Counted from the stretch's first letter, positions 26,471 to 37,157 are shown. The stretch is 64,000 bases of DNA from Candidatus Eiseniibacteriota bacterium (GCA_016930695.1 JAFGGD010000031.1:26519-90518), one strand, 5' to 3'. Translations and numbers: made by a program. The notes: generated by a model from the letters alone, not told the origin.

Positions 26471-28051
26471 ATGAAACGAATGAAGTGGATGGTCGGAGCG
26501 CTCCTCCTCCTGACGGTGGCCGCGGCGGACGCGCAGATCACCGATGAGGCGCTTCTGGACTCGCTCCAGAGGACCGCTTTCGATTTTTTCTGGAATGAGG
26601 CGAATCCGACCACGGGATTGATCCGGGACCGGAGCGCATCCTGGTCCCCCTGCAGCATCGCTTCCACCGGGTTCGGCCTCACGGCGATCTGCATCGGCAT
26701 CGAACACGGTTGGATCACACGCGAGCAGGGGAGGGAGAGGATCCTGGCGGCACTGCGGACCTTCTGGAACGCGCCCCAGGGGAGCGGTTCGAGCGGCTTC
26801 GCGGGCTACAAGGGGCTCTTCTATCACTTCCTGACCATGGACACCGCGGAGAGAACCTGGGACTGCGAGCTCTCCACCATCGACACGGCTCTTCTCTTCG
26901 CGGGCATTTTCGACGCGAAGGAATATTTCGACGGGACCGATTCCCTCGACGTGGAGGTTCGCTCTCTGGCCGACTCGATCACCACACGGGCGGAGTGGGA
27001 TTGGATCCACTCCGGCTGGGGGATCCGGATGGGCTGGAAGCCGGACACCGGATTCTCCGGATACGGCGACTGGATCGGCTACAACGAGGCGATGATCCTC
27101 TACATCATCGCCCTCGGATCGCCCACGCATCCGGTGCCCGCCTACTCCTGGACCGCCTGGACGAGCGGCTACGACTGGCGGACCAACTACGGCTACACCT
27201 ACGTGGAGTTCCCGCCCCTCTTCGGCCACCAGTATTCGCACTGCTGGATCGATTTCCGCTGCATCCAGGACGCCTACATGCAGTCGAAGGGGATCGATTA
27301 TTTCGAGAACTCCCGGCGCGCCACGCTCGCCCAGAGGGCGTACTGCATCGACAATCCCGGCAACCACATCGGCTACAGCGACAGCCTCTGGGGAATCACC
27401 GCGGGGGACGGTCCCTTCGGCTACACGGCCCGCGGGGCGCCCCCCGGTCAGAACGACGACGGGACGATCACCCCCTCGGCGACGGTCAGTTCACTCCCCT
27501 TCGCGCCGGAGGTGGTCATGGCGGCCACCCGCAACATGTACAATGCGTACGGTTCCCAGCTCTGGATGGAGTACGGGTTCCGGGACGGTTTTAACCTCAA
27601 CTACGCCTGGTGGGGGCCGGATGTGATCGGCATCTCCGAGGGCCCCATCCTTCTGATGATCGAGAACTACCTGAACGGTTCGGTCTGGAGCCGGTTCACG
27701 CAGAACGACGACATCCGGGCCGGTCTGGAAGCGGCGGGATTCACCGGCTGTTTCGTCGCCGTGGACGGGCCGGCGGAGGAGGAGTCGCCGACGGCGCTCC
27801 TCGCCGGGAACCGGCCCAATCCCTTCCGGGGGGAGACCACCATCTGGTTCCGCATGCCGGAGAGGGGTTCGGCGAGGCTGACGGTCTACAACGTGGCCGG
27901 GCGCGAGGTCGCCCGCCTCTTCGACGGAGAGAGGAGCGCCGGCTTCCACCAGATCGAGTGGAACGGCGCCGGGCTTCCGAGCGGCGTGTATTACTACCGC
28001 CTCCAAACGGAGACGGAGACTTTCATAAAGAGGTGCGTGCTTCTGAGGTAA
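26471..28051 (+). CDS. GH144/DUF3131-like (alpha/alpha)6 glycoside hydrolase fused to a T9SS C-terminal sorting domain; paralogue of 2274..3743.
   Basis: The signal peptide is LLLLTVAAADAQ. It shares the motifs DTALLFAGIF, YNEAMILYIIALGSPTHP and DYFENSRRATLAQRAYCIDNPGNHIGYSDSLWGITAGDGP with its paralogue. The C-terminal domain is GNRPNPFRGETTIWFRMPERGSARLTVYNVAGREV...GVYYYRL. Confidence 0.65.
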   Translation: MKRMKWMVGALLLLTVAAADAQITDEALLDSLQRTAFDFFWNEANPTTGLIRDRSASWSPCSIASTGFGLTAICIGIEHGWITREQGRERILAALRTFWNAPQGSGSSGFAGYKGLFYHFLTMDTAERTWDCELSTIDTALLFAGIFDAKEYFDGTDSLDVEVRSLADSITTRAEWDWIHSGWGIRMGWKPDTGFSGYGDWIGYNEAMILYIIALGSPTHPVPAYSWTAWTSGYDWRTNYGYTYVEFPPLFGHQYSHCWIDFRCIQDAYMQSKGIDYFENSRRATLAQRAYCIDNPGNHIGYSDSLWGITAGDGPFGYTARGAPPGQNDDGTITPSATVSSLPFAPEVVMAATRNMYNAYGSQLWMEYGFRDGFNLNYAWWGPDVIGISEGPILLMIENYLNGSVWSRFTQNDDIRAGLEAAGFTGCFVAVDGPAEEESPTALLAGNRPNPFRGETTIWFRMPERGSARLTVYNVAGREVARLFDGERSAGFHQIEWNGAGLPSGVYYYRLQTETETFIKRCVLLR

Positions 28052-28171
28052 GAGACAAACGAAGCGAGAGAGACGACCTATGTGCGAACCGGTCCGGAGG
28101 CGAGGAGGTGAGTGGACCGGCCGGTAGGATGACGGAGAGAGAAACCTGAAACCGAGAAAAGGAGAACGACA

Positions 28172-28969
28172 ATGAAACGTAAGGGTAACGGAGCTTGGAC
28201 GGCGCTTCTGGTCGTCGTCGCGGTGGCTTTCGCGGCGACCCAGGCGGCGGCGACGCCGGCCGTCAACTCGGTCGTGTTCCATCTGAACATCTGGGAAGAC
28301 TGCCTCACGCACACGGTCTCCACCGTGAACAACTACCCGTCGCAGGTCTGCATCAACGACGATTGGACCTGCACGTCCGGGTACGCCGATCTGCACAACT
28401 GGCACCTCTCCGATGACGGAGTCGCGGGCGCCGTGTTCAACAACGGCGACGGCTTCCGTCTGAAAGCGGAGCTGGTGATCAGCGGAACGGGGAACGCCGA
28501 GGCGGGCCTGATGGTCGCTCCCTGGTGGGCCCAGAACACGGACGGGCGTTTCAACGTCCGGACCACGGACGGCGAGATCGCCTGCTTCGGCGGCCGCCTC
28601 CCCTTCTATTCCTTCACGGTGAACCACGGCATCAGCTACGTGAAGGGTGACGCGATCATCCTCGAGGTGATCTACCTTCCCAACGGTCTCTCGGTTACGA
28701 ATCCGGCGACCATCACCTACAACCTCACCTACAACAGCGTGGACTACACCAGCGGCCCCATCGCGTTCGACGAGGGGAACCCGGCGGAGCCTTACGGCAC
28801 CTGGGGAATGCTGGACAACGCCCGCGTCGGTGGGTACGTGCAGGAACTCCTCGGCGGCGCCGTGGGCCAGGTGCTGACGACCTGGTGCAGCTTCGAGTTC
28901 GAGGACCTCGGCGGTCCGACCGCGACCGAGGCGACCAGCTGGGGTGACGTGAAGACCCTCTTCCGGTAG
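28172..28969 (+). CDS. Secreted hypothetical protein (265 aa) with no recognisable family.
   Basis: AAGGAGAACGACA-ATG is a strong RBS. The signal peptide is ALLVVVAVAFAATQAAA. A clean terminator follows. The GC content is slightly lower than in the neighbouring genes. Confidence 0.55.
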   Translation: MKRKGNGAWTALLVVVAVAFAATQAAATPAVNSVVFHLNIWEDCLTHTVSTVNNYPSQVCINDDWTCTSGYADLHNWHLSDDGVAGAVFNNGDGFRLKAELVISGTGNAEAGLMVAPWWAQNTDGRFNVRTTDGEIACFGGRLPFYSFTVNHGISYVKGDAIILEVIYLPNGLSVTNPATITYNLTYNSVDYTSGPIAFDEGNPAEPYGTWGMLDNARVGGYVQELLGGAVGQVLTTWCSFEFEDLGGPTATEATSWGDVKTLFR

Positions 28970-28991
28970 ATTCTCTATCTCAGACGGCACC

Positions 28992-29028
28992 GAGCCGCCT
29001 CCGCTTCGGCGGGGGCGGCTCTCTTTTT
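28992..29028 (+). terminator. Rho-independent terminator with a UUCG-type tetraloop between converging genes.
   Basis: The stem agccgcctccgc / gcgggggcggct flanks a ttcg loop and is followed by ctcTTTTTTcc. Confidence 0.6.
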
Positions 29029-29040
29029 TCCCGCTCCGCC

Positions 29041-30738
29041 TTACTCCCCGAAGCCGGGAAGAATCACGCCGCGTTTTTCGTCGTAAAGATAGGGGCGCCT
29101 CTCCGGGAAGCATTCCTCGAGGAGTGTCCGATTCCTCTCCGGGCCCAGATCGTAGGCGAAGACGCGCTCCGCCGCCGCGAGATCGGGGTCGTTGTTCAAA
29201 AAGTCGATCTCCGGGTTGTGCGCCCGTCCGTAGCGGAGGAAGAGGATCGAGCCGGCGGGCGTCTTCCTCTCCACCTCGGAGTAGAAACGGGCGTGGGCGC
29301 GCGCCTTCGCTCTTCGATACTCCACGTGGAAGGGGAGGCGCGCCGCCGCGAGGCCGGTGCCCAGGAGGAAGAGGAGGATCACCGACCAGGCGGCCGCCGG
29401 TCGCCCCGCCCGCCGCGCCGCGGCGAGGGCGGAGCGCGCCCCGAGAAGGGGGAGCAGGAGGAGCGCCGGGGTGATCTCGTGGTAGTAACGCCCCCAGGGG
29501 AACCAATAGAGGAGGTAGGCGCCGTGGGAGAGCGCGATGAAAAGAAGCGTCCAGAGCGCCGTCCTCCTCCCGCCGGGGAGGGCGATTAGAGGAAGGAGGA
29601 AGAGGAAGAGAAGAGGGGGAGACGACTCTCCGGCGGTCATCGGGATCCGCATCCGGAAAAGAGTCCCCAGCGCGAACCCCGGCGTGTAGCGCAGTCGGTT
29701 CGGGTAGAGAATCGTTTCATTATATAGGCGCTTCCCGGGGCCGACCGGACGCTCCTCGATTTCCTCCTCACCGGAGGCGAAACCGAAGGTGTCCTCCGGC
29801 TGGCTCGTCCTGGCGTAGAGCTGCCACGGCGTGACCAGGGGGGAGCCTGTGACCGCCCGGTTGTAGGCGAGGCCCGTTCCGATCAGGAAGAGGAGAGGGA
29901 TCCCCCCCGCCGCGATCGCCGCCGGCCGGAGGAGAGCCTTCCGCGCCTCCCGCCGCGATCCGATCAGCGCCGCCAGGAAGAGCGCGAGAACGGAGGCGTT
30001 CAGAGGGCGCGTCAGCCAGGCGAGGCCGAGGGCGGTTCCCGCGAGGGCCGCGTTCGCCCTCCCCCCGCGCTCCACGGCGCGCGCCGCGAAGTAGAGGGTT
30101 GCGAGAAGGAAGAGGAGATTCCCGGTCTGGGAGAGGTATGTGGTCGCGCTCTCCACCTGCGCCGGCGCGATCCCGAAGAGGAAAACGAGGAGCAGGGAGC
30201 CCCCGGCGCCGATCACCCTCTTTGCGAGAAGGCCGAGAAGAACCAGGGAGAGACCAGACGCGAGAAGAGGACCGATCCAAGGAATACCGGCCGCCGAACC
30301 GGGAAGGAGGAGGAGCGCATGGCCGGGCGGATACTTGGATGCGTAGACCGGGTCGGTCAATATATGGAAGGCGTCGAAGGCGACCCTGTCCGGTGGTGGG
30401 GGGAAGAAAAGCCGCCCGGCGAGAAAGGACTTCGCCTGGAAGAGGTAGGCGAACTCGTCGTGCACCACCGGTTGGAAACCATATCCCCGTCCCCCCCAGA
30501 GCCAGGCGTAGAAGACTGTGAGAAGAAGGGCGAGGAGCGGCAGGAGAAGGGGGAACCGGTTGTCCGCCCACGACTCGATCCGGTCCGCAGGGGGGGCGAG
30601 GCGCGCCGGAAGCGGTAGGAGGGAGAGGAGTGCGACCGCGACCACGGCGACCGCCGCCGCGAGATTCCCGCCGAAACCGATCGTCGCCGCGAGGAAGAGA
30701 AAGGCGGCGACCGGAATGATCCGGCGGACCTCCGACAC
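29041..30738 (-). CDS. Polytopic membrane glycosyltransferase (GT39/GT83-like, ArnT/PMT_2 family).
   Basis: GGGAGGG lies 5 nt upstream of the GTG at 30738. At least 10 hydrophobic helices are present. The N-terminal periplasmic loop motif is HDEFAYLFQAKSFLAG. Confidence 0.6.
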   Translation of the reverse strand: MSEVRRIIPVAAFLFLAATIGFGGNLAAAVAVVAVALLSLLPLPARLAPPADRIESWADNRFPLLLPLLALLLTVFYAWLWGGRGYGFQPVVHDEFAYLFQAKSFLAGRLFFPPPPDRVAFDAFHILTDPVYASKYPPGHALLLLPGSAAGIPWIGPLLASGLSLVLLGLLAKRVIGAGGSLLLVFLFGIAPAQVESATTYLSQTGNLLFLLATLYFAARAVERGGRANAALAGTALGLAWLTRPLNASVLALFLAALIGSRREARKALLRPAAIAAGGIPLLFLIGTGLAYNRAVTGSPLVTPWQLYARTSQPEDTFGFASGEEEIEERPVGPGKRLYNETILYPNRLRYTPGFALGTLFRMRIPMTAGESSPPLLFLFLLPLIALPGGRRTALWTLLFIALSHGAYLLYWFPWGRYYHEITPALLLLPLLGARSALAAARRAGRPAAAWSVILLFLLGTGLAAARLPFHVEYRRAKARAHARFYSEVERKTPAGSILFLRYGRAHNPEIDFLNNDPDLAAAERVFAYDLGPERNRTLLEECFPERRPYLYDEKRGVILPGFGE

Positions 30739-30826
30739 GATTACCCTCCCATGGTCAACAAACACAATTACAATAGATTGTGTAACAAACCTCAACCGTA
30801 TTCTAGGCGATGGTGCCTCTTTCTAC

Positions 30827-31228
30827 TCATCCCTCGCAAAGCTCGATCAGGATTCCTCCCGTCCCCTTGGGATGAAGAAAGGCGATCTTCTTCCCCTCCG
30901 CGCCGAGACGCGGCTTCTCGTCCACCAGGGGGATGCCCGCCTCCTTCAACTCGGCGAGCGCACCCTCGATATCCTCGACATGGATGGCGAGGTGGTGAAT
31001 ACCGCTCCCTCTCTTGGCGAGGTACTTCCCGATCGGCCCCTCGTCCCGCGTGCTCTCCAGGAACTCGACCGACGTTTCGCCCACGCGGAAGCAGGTCGCC
31101 CGCACCCCCTGGTCCGGAATCTCCTCGCAGTGAGGCTCCCGACCATGGAAGAGCACCTTCAGAGCGGGACGCATCCCCTCCAGATCCTGAATCGCCACGC
31201 CCACATGATCGATTCGCTTGACTCGCAA
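30827..31228 (-). CDS. mce: Methylmalonyl-CoA epimerase (VOC/glyoxalase family).
   Basis: MRVKRIDHVGVAIQDLE...IHHLAIHVEDIEGALAELKEAGI; the size is 133 aa. Confidence 0.8.
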   Translation of the reverse strand: MRVKRIDHVGVAIQDLEGMRPALKVLFHGREPHCEEIPDQGVRATCFRVGETSVEFLESTRDEGPIGKYLAKRGSGIHHLAIHVEDIEGALAELKEAGIPLVDEKPRLGAEGKKIAFLHPKGTGGILIELCEG

Positions 31229-31297
31229 CGGTTCACTCCAATCGTTTCGTGTGTTTTCGAAGACCCTCGCGCCCTCTTCTCGCGCGCGCGGGCGATC

Positions 31298-32419
31298 TTA
31301 CTCCGGGGTCTCTTCTCTTTTCGGCGAGCATTCGAACAGTTCGAGTAACTCGCCGGCGGCGGTGGTCGCCGGGAGGCGCCCCTCCGTCACCTCTTTCTCC
31401 AGTTGGGGGAGGCGTCGGCGCACCTCCGGATGCAAGAGGAATAGATCCCGCAGGCGGTCGCGCACCAGGGCGTGCATCCATTCCCTCTCCTGCGCCCGGC
31501 GGCGGCGCTCGAAAGCGCCGGAGTCGCGCGTGATCTCGACGAACCGCTCGATCGTCCGCCAGATCCCCTCGACCCCCTCGCCGGTCAGGGCGGAGGCGGC
31601 GAAGGCCTTCGTCGTCCATCCCTCCGTCGCCGGCCGCAGATAATGGAGCGCCTTCTCGTATTCCGACCGCGCCCTCTCGGCGGCGTCCCGGTTCCCGCCG
31701 TCCGCCTTGTTCACGAGCACCGCGTCGGCGATTTCCATGATCCCCTTCTTCATCCCCTGCAGCTCGTCCCCCGCGCCCGGGATCAGGAGGAGGAGGAAGA
31801 AGTCGACCATGGAGCGGACCACGATCTCGTTCTGTCCGACGCCGACCGTCTCGATCAGGATGACGTCGTACCCGGCCGCCTCGAAGAGGATCACCGTCTC
31901 CCTTGTTTTTCGGGTGACGCCGCCGAGCGTTCCGCCGGAGGGGGAGGGGCGGATGAAGGCGCCGGGATGGTTCGCCAGGTGTTCCATGCGGGTCTTGTCG
32001 CCGAGGATGCTCCCGCCGCTCACGCTGCTGGACGGATCGACGGCGGTCACCGCCACGCGATGGCCGCGGCCGGCCAGCTCCATGCCGACCGTCTCGATGA
32101 AGGTGCTTTTCCCGGCGCCGGGAACACCGGTCACGCCGACGCGGATCGATCGGCCCGCGCGGGGGAGAAGCGACTGCAACACCCCGCGCGCCCGGGCGAA
32201 GTCGGCGGGGGCGTTCGACTCGACGAGGGTGATCGCGCGGGCGAGCCGGTTGCGGTCGCCGGAGAGAACCCCCTCCACGTACTCCTCCGTGGAGAGGGGC
32301 GCCCTCTTCGCACCGGTCCGGAGCGGGGGAGGAGGGGGCTCCACTCCCTTGCGGACCTGCAGGGTCGGCTTGGGCTCTTCCCTCTCGGGATCGTTGTGGT
32401 TCGTTTCGTCGCGCGTCAC
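31298..32419 (-). CDS. meaB: Methylmalonyl-CoA mutase-associated G-protein chaperone MeaB/ArgK.
   Basis: The P-loop is GVTGVPGAGKSTFIE. VNKAD is the NKxD motif. The gene lies directly downstream of mutB. Confidence 0.9.
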   Translation of the reverse strand: MTRDETNHNDPEREEPKPTLQVRKGVEPPPPPLRTGAKRAPLSTEEYVEGVLSGDRNRLARAITLVESNAPADFARARGVLQSLLPRAGRSIRVGVTGVPGAGKSTFIETVGMELAGRGHRVAVTAVDPSSSVSGGSILGDKTRMEHLANHPGAFIRPSPSGGTLGGVTRKTRETVILFEAAGYDVILIETVGVGQNEIVVRSMVDFFLLLLIPGAGDELQGMKKGIMEIADAVLVNKADGGNRDAAERARSEYEKALHYLRPATEGWTTKAFAASALTGEGVEGIWRTIERFVEITRDSGAFERRRRAQEREWMHALVRDRLRDLFLLHPEVRRRLPQLEKEVTEGRLPATTAAGELLELFECSPKREETPE

Positions 32420-32423
32420 GTCT

Positions 32424-34622
32424 CTACTCTTCCGGCTCTCCGTCGTAGCCGAGCCGCCTGTTCAGCTCCCGCAGGAGTTCCCGCGCCGCGTCGGGGATCA
32501 CCGTTCCCGGCCCGAAGACCGCCGCCGCCCCCTGTTCGTAGAGGTAGGCGTAGTCCTGCGCGGGAATGACCCCGCCGGCGATCACCAGGATGTCTTCCCG
32601 GCCGAGCTTCTTCAACTCCTGAACCAGCTGCGGCAGGAGCGTCTTGTGTCCCGCCGCCAGGCTGCTCATGCCGACCATGTGGACGTCGTTTTCCACCGCC
32701 TGCCGCGCCGTCTCCTCCGGCGTCTGGAAGAGCGGCCCCACGTCGACGTCGAAGCCGAGATCGGCGAAGGCGGTGGCGACCACCTTGGCGCCGCGGTCGT
32801 GCCCGTCCTGTCCCATCTTGGCGACCAGGATCCGCGGGCGCCGCCCCTCGCGCTCCTCGAAACGCTCGATCATTTTACGGATCTCTCGAATGGCGTCCTC
32901 TCCCGCGTATTCGGAGGAGTAGACCCCCGAAACGGTCCTCGTCTCCGCCTTGTGGCGTCCCCACACGCTCTCCAGCGCGTCGCTGATCTCGCCGAGCGTA
33001 CAGCGCGCCCGCGCCGCCTCCACGCTGAGGGCGAGGAGGTTTCCCTCGCCGGTTTCGGCCGAACGGGTGAGCGCCTCGAGCGCCGCCTTCACGGCGCCGG
33101 CGTCCCTCTCCTCCCTCAGCCGCCGGAGGCGCTCGATCTGCCGCCGACGCACCTCCGTGTTGTCCACCTCGAGGATCTCCAGGGGATCCTCCTTGTCGAG
33201 GCGATAACGGTTCACGCCGACGATCGTCTCCCTCCCGGAGTCGATGTGCGCCTGCCGGCGCGCCGCCGACTCCTCGATCCGCATCTTGGGGATACCCGTC
33301 TCGATCGCCTTCGCCATGCCTCCCAGCTTTTCCACCTCTTCGATGTGCTCCCAGGCGCGTTTCCGGATCCGGTCGGTGAGCGCCTCGAGGTAGTACGAGC
33401 CTCCCCAGGGATCGACGATCCGGCAAAGGCCGGTCTCTTCCTGCAGGTAGATCTGCGTGTTGCGGGCGATCCGCGCGGAGAAGTCGGTGGGGAGGGCGAT
33501 CGCTTCGTCCAGCGCGTTGGTGTGCATCGACTGTGTATGGCCGAGGGCGGCCGCCATCGCCTCGATGCAGGTGCGGACCACGTTGTTGAAGGGGTCCTGC
33601 TCCGCCAGGCTCCATCCCGAGGTCTGGCTGTGCGTGCGGAGCGCCATCGACTTGGGGTTCTTCGGGTGGAAACGTTTCATCAGCGTCGCCCAGATCACCC
33701 GGGCGGCGCGCATCTTCGCCACCTCCATGAAGTAGTTCATTCCCTGGGCCCAGAAGAAGGAGAGCCGCGGGGCGAAGGCGTCGATGTCCATGCCGGCGGC
33801 GATGCCGGTCCGAACGTACTCGAGTCCGTCGGCGAGGGTGTAGGCCAGTTCCAGGTCCGCCGTGGCGCCCGCCTCCTGCATGTGGTAGCCGGAGATGGAG
33901 ATGCTGTTGAACTTGGGCATCCGCTCCGCCGTGTAGGCGATGATGTCGGCGATGATCCGCATGCTCGGGAGGGGGGGATAGATGTAGGTGTTGCGGACCA
34001 TGAATTCCTTCAGGATGTCGTTCTGAATCGTGCCGGCCAGTTCCTCGAGCGCCGCCCCCTGCTCCAGCGCGGCGACGATGTAGAAGGCCATCACCGGCAG
34101 GACCGCGCCGTTCATGGTCATGGAGACGGACATCCGGTCGAGGGGGATGCCGTCGAAGAGGATCTTCATGTCCAGGATCGAGTCGATCGCCACGCCCGCT
34201 TTTCCCACGTCGCCGATGACGCGCGGGTGGTCCGAGTCGTAGCCCCGGTGGGTGGCGAGGTCGAAAGCGACGGAGAGGCCCTTCTGGCCGGCGGCGAGAT
34301 TGCGCCTGTAAAAGGCGTTCGACTCTTCGGCGGTGGAGAAGCCGGCGTACTGGCGCACCGTCCAGGGGCGCATCACGTACATGGTCGCGTAGGGTCCCCG
34401 CAGGAAGGGGGGGATGCCGGCGGTGTAGCCGATGTGCTCCAGCCCCTCCGTATCGGCGGGGCCATAGAGCGGTTCCACGTCGATTTGCTCGTTCGTTCGC
34501 CAGACCAGGTCCTCGGGGTCGCGACCGGTCTCCTTCTTCACGCGCCGCCCCCACTCTTCCCGGGAAAAGGCGGGGTCCGGAGCGCTCCACTCCATGTTGC
34601 GGTAGTCGGGGATGCGGCTCAT
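32424..34622 (-). CDS. mutB: Methylmalonyl-CoA mutase large (alpha) subunit with a C-terminal B12-binding domain.
   Basis: [13 protein letters not shown]...[53 protein letters not shown]. The C-terminal DxHxxG-type B12 domain is [19 protein letters not shown]. The ATG at 34622 overlaps the mutA stop (ATGA). Confidence 0.9.
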   Translation of the reverse strand: MSRIPDYRNMEWSAPDPAFSREEWGRRVKKETGRDPEDLVWRTNEQIDVEPLYGPADTEGLEHIGYTAGIPPFLRGPYATMYVMRPWTVRQYAGFSTAEESNAFYRRNLAAGQKGLSVAFDLATHRGYDSDHPRVIGDVGKAGVAIDSILDMKILFDGIPLDRMSVSMTMNGAVLPVMAFYIVAALEQGAALEELAGTIQNDILKEFMVRNTYIYPPLPSMRIIADIIAYTAERMPKFNSISISGYHMQEAGATADLELAYTLADGLEYVRTGIAAGMDIDAFAPRLSFFWAQGMNYFMEVAKMRAARVIWATLMKRFHPKNPKSMALRTHSQTSGWSLAEQDPFNNVVRTCIEAMAAALGHTQSMHTNALDEAIALPTDFSARIARNTQIYLQEETGLCRIVDPWGGSYYLEALTDRIRKRAWEHIEEVEKLGGMAKAIETGIPKMRIEESAARRQAHIDSGRETIVGVNRYRLDKEDPLEILEVDNTEVRRRQIERLRRLREERDAGAVKAALEALTRSAETGEGNLLALSVEAARARCTLGEISDALESVWGRHKAETRTVSGVYSSEYAGEDAIREIRKMIERFEEREGRRPRILVAKMGQDGHDRGAKVVATAFADLGFDVDVGPLFQTPEETARQAVENDVHMVGMSSLAAGHKTLLPQLVQELKKLGREDILVIAGGVIPAQDYAYLYEQGAAAVFGPGTVIPDAARELLRELNRRLGYDGEPEE

Positions 34623-36790
34623 CGCTTCACTCCGATCGTGTCGGCCAGCGCGCGGAGAGAGGCGAGCGCGTCGGCGCGCAGGTGGATGAACTCGTCCACG
34701 CCCGCTTCGCGGAAGGCGTCGGCGTGTTCCTTCGGGAAGCCGGCGAGGATGATCCGCCGGGGCGGGTTCGGAGCGGCTCGGAGCGCCGCGACGATCGCCG
34801 GGACCGCTTCCGGGTAGCGGTCGTCGGTGGAAACGATCGCCACCGCCGGCGCTTCGGACGCGAGCGCCTCCCGCGCCGCGTCGCCGGGGGTTTCGAAGGA
34901 GCGGTCGTGTATCGTTTCGAATCCGCCGATCTCGTAGAAGGATCGCGTGAACTCCAGACGGGCCATGTACGCCGACGGAGGGCCGATGTTGGCGAAAAAG
35001 ACCTGCGGCGGCGCGCCGGAGCGGGCGCGCCACTCGAGCACCGTCGCGCGCAACACCTCGTAATCGTGGGCGGACCGGAAGGTCGGGATCGGCTCCACCC
35101 GCGTTTCCTCGTCCTCGCCGCGCCGGAGCATGCGGGTGAATTCGCCGATGGTGGCGCCGTGGAGCGCCGCGTCAGCCGCCGCCTCGAAGAGGTCCTCCGG
35201 TTTCGATCGGAGGATGGTGCCGAGCTTCTCCAGCACGCGGATCTGCTCGGCGTGCTCCGGCGAGACGCGAAGCTCGCGGAGGCGCGCGGCGCGCCGGGCG
35301 TGGATCGACTCATAATCGGGAAAACGACGGACCGGCGGCCCCTCTTCCCGGTTCGGATAGCGGTTCACGCCGATCAGCACGTCGGTCCGGACGGCGACCC
35401 TCTTCCGGCGGTTCCGCGCCGTCTCGGCGATCTTGCTCTGCGGAATCCCGTTCAGGAGCGCCGCAGGCATCCCCCCCGCTTCTTCGATCTCCCGGAAGAG
35501 ATCCCAGGCGCGGCGGGCCATCTCGTGGGTGAGCGACTCCACGGCCCAGCCGCCTCCCGCCGGATCGATCACGCGGTCGAAGCGGCATTCCTCGCGCAGG
35601 ATCGTCTGGGTGTTGCGCGCGATCCGCCGGGCCGTGTCTCCGGGGAGTCCGAGGAGCCGGTCGAAGGGCTCCACGTGCAGGCTGTCGCAGCCTCCCATCA
35701 CGGCGGCGAAGGCCTGCGTGGTCCCGCGGAGAATGTTGACGTGTCGATCGAATGTGGTGCTGTCCACCGAGGAAGTGCGGGCGTGAATGTGCATGCGGGC
35801 GGCCAGGTCGCCGCGGCCGCACCCCTCCAACGCCCGGTGCCAGAGGAGCCGGGCCGCGCGGAACTTGGCGATCTCCGGGAAGAAGCCGGTCCCGGCCGAG
35901 AGGCCGAACAGGATCCGGGGCGCGACGATCTCCACGCCGAGGCCGCGCTGCTCGAGCCGGCGGAGCGCCTCCACCGCCGAGGCGAGCGTGAAGGCGAGTT
36001 CTTGGACGGCGTCGCCTCCTCCCTCGTGCCAAGCGAAACCGTAGGCGGCGAGGGTGCGGAGCATCGGCGCGTTCTCCGCCGCCCAACGGGTGAGGTGGGC
36101 CAGCTCATCGTAGGCGCGGTCGAGGGAAACGGGGAGCCGTCCGTGAACGGCCAGGCCCGTCATCGGATCCATGCCGACGGAGCCGCGGAGGCGCGCGGGG
36201 TCCGTTCCCCTTTTCCGGGCGAGCGCGATCAGAAGCGCCGCCACCGGCATCGCCGCCGAACCGGGTTGGAGATAGACAGGCGTGCGCTCCAGATCCACCC
36301 CTTCGAGAGCGCGGGAGAGGCCGATCACCGAAGCGATCGACGTGCCGCCCCGCCCCACGTCCCCCGGTTCCGCCTGATCCGGATCGAGACCGGCCTGGGC
36401 CGCTCGGTCCAGGATCAGGTTCACCGCGGTTTGGCCCCTCTCCAGATCGTGCCGGAGCGCCCGGTTGAACTCGTCGTAAGTGGGGAAGGGGAGTTCCTGC
36501 GCCACGTACCAACCGTCCGCCCGATAGCCGGCGGCGCGGCATCCGCGGAGAAAGGGAGCTTCGCCCGGCGCCGCGCCGAGTCCGGGAAGATCCTTCACGT
36601 CTTCGGCGTCGTAGATGGGGCGGAGGGTGATCCCTTCATCGGTTTCGGTGAAGAGTGTTTTCTCGAAGGGGCGACCCTTGAGGAGGCGGATCGCCTCCTC
36701 GCGCCACTCCTCCGGTCCGGGGAGGGGGAAATCGTCGCGAAGCGGGATCGAAGCGATCCGATCCGCGCCGCCGCTTACGTCGTCAGCCAT
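34619..36790 (-). CDS. mutA: Methylmalonyl-CoA mutase small (beta) subunit.
   Basis: The N-terminus is [34 protein letters not shown] mutase TIM-barrel-like core lacks the B12 His motif. It is translationally coupled to mutB. Confidence 0.85.
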   Translation of the reverse strand: MADDVSGGADRIASIPLRDDFPLPGPEEWREEAIRLLKGRPFEKTLFTETDEGITLRPIYDAEDVKDLPGLGAAPGEAPFLRGCRAAGYRADGWYVAQELPFPTYDEFNRALRHDLERGQTAVNLILDRAAQAGLDPDQAEPGDVGRGGTSIASVIGLSRALEGVDLERTPVYLQPGSAAMPVAALLIALARKRGTDPARLRGSVGMDPMTGLAVHGRLPVSLDRAYDELAHLTRWAAENAPMLRTLAAYGFAWHEGGGDAVQELAFTLASAVEALRRLEQRGLGVEIVAPRILFGLSAGTGFFPEIAKFRAARLLWHRALEGCGRGDLAARMHIHARTSSVDSTTFDRHVNILRGTTQAFAAVMGGCDSLHVEPFDRLLGLPGDTARRIARNTQTILREECRFDRVIDPAGGGWAVESLTHEMARRAWDLFREIEEAGGMPAALLNGIPQSKIAETARNRRKRVAVRTDVLIGVNRYPNREEGPPVRRFPDYESIHARRAARLRELRVSPEHAEQIRVLEKLGTILRSKPEDLFEAAADAALHGATIGEFTRMLRRGEDEETRVEPIPTFRSAHDYEVLRATVLEWRARSGAPPQVFFANIGPPSAYMARLEFTRSFYEIGGFETIHDRSFETPGDAAREALASEAPAVAIVSTDDRYPEAVPAIVAALRAAPNPPRRIILAGFPKEHADAFREAGVDEFIHLRADALASLRALADTIGVKR

Positions 36791-37157
36791 CGTGTCGACC
36801 ACCCATCGGTTGCGGGGCGGCGGGCGCTCGGCCCGCGCGGCCCTTTTCCTGGCGAACCGGAAGGGGAGCCCGCGCCGGGACGTTCCCCTCTCGACCGGCC
36901 GCGGCGGGTCGTGAAGCCGGGTACGCGTCGCCGCGTGTGATTTTTTTCGCCGGAGCGGGGATCGGCTCGCCTCGGGATTCTCCCGGGAAGCGCGGCGGCG
37001 GGCCATCCCGTTCCGGATCGATCCGGACGGGGCGCGGGAACGATTCGCCGTCACGCGGCGCTCGCCGTGATCTCCCGCGCGGAATCGGGGAAAGTGTAGC
37101 ACATGGATGGGCGGGGGGTAACCTCGCCGAAGGGGCATCGCTCGGCGGGGAAACGGG

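Noticed and set aside
28172-28969. Calling the orphan secreted protein a T9SS cargo
   Set aside because: Only the final roughly 10 residues resemble CTD endings. The N-P-F/ Ig-like body of the CTD is absent.
32424-37138. Apparent 869-aa and 839-aa mutase ORFs with long N-terminal extensions
   Set aside because: The ORF-track coordinates include in-frame upstream read-through. The true starts at 34622 ([13 protein letters not shown]) and 36790 (MADDVSGG) give canonical MutB and MutA N-termini and an ATGA coupling.
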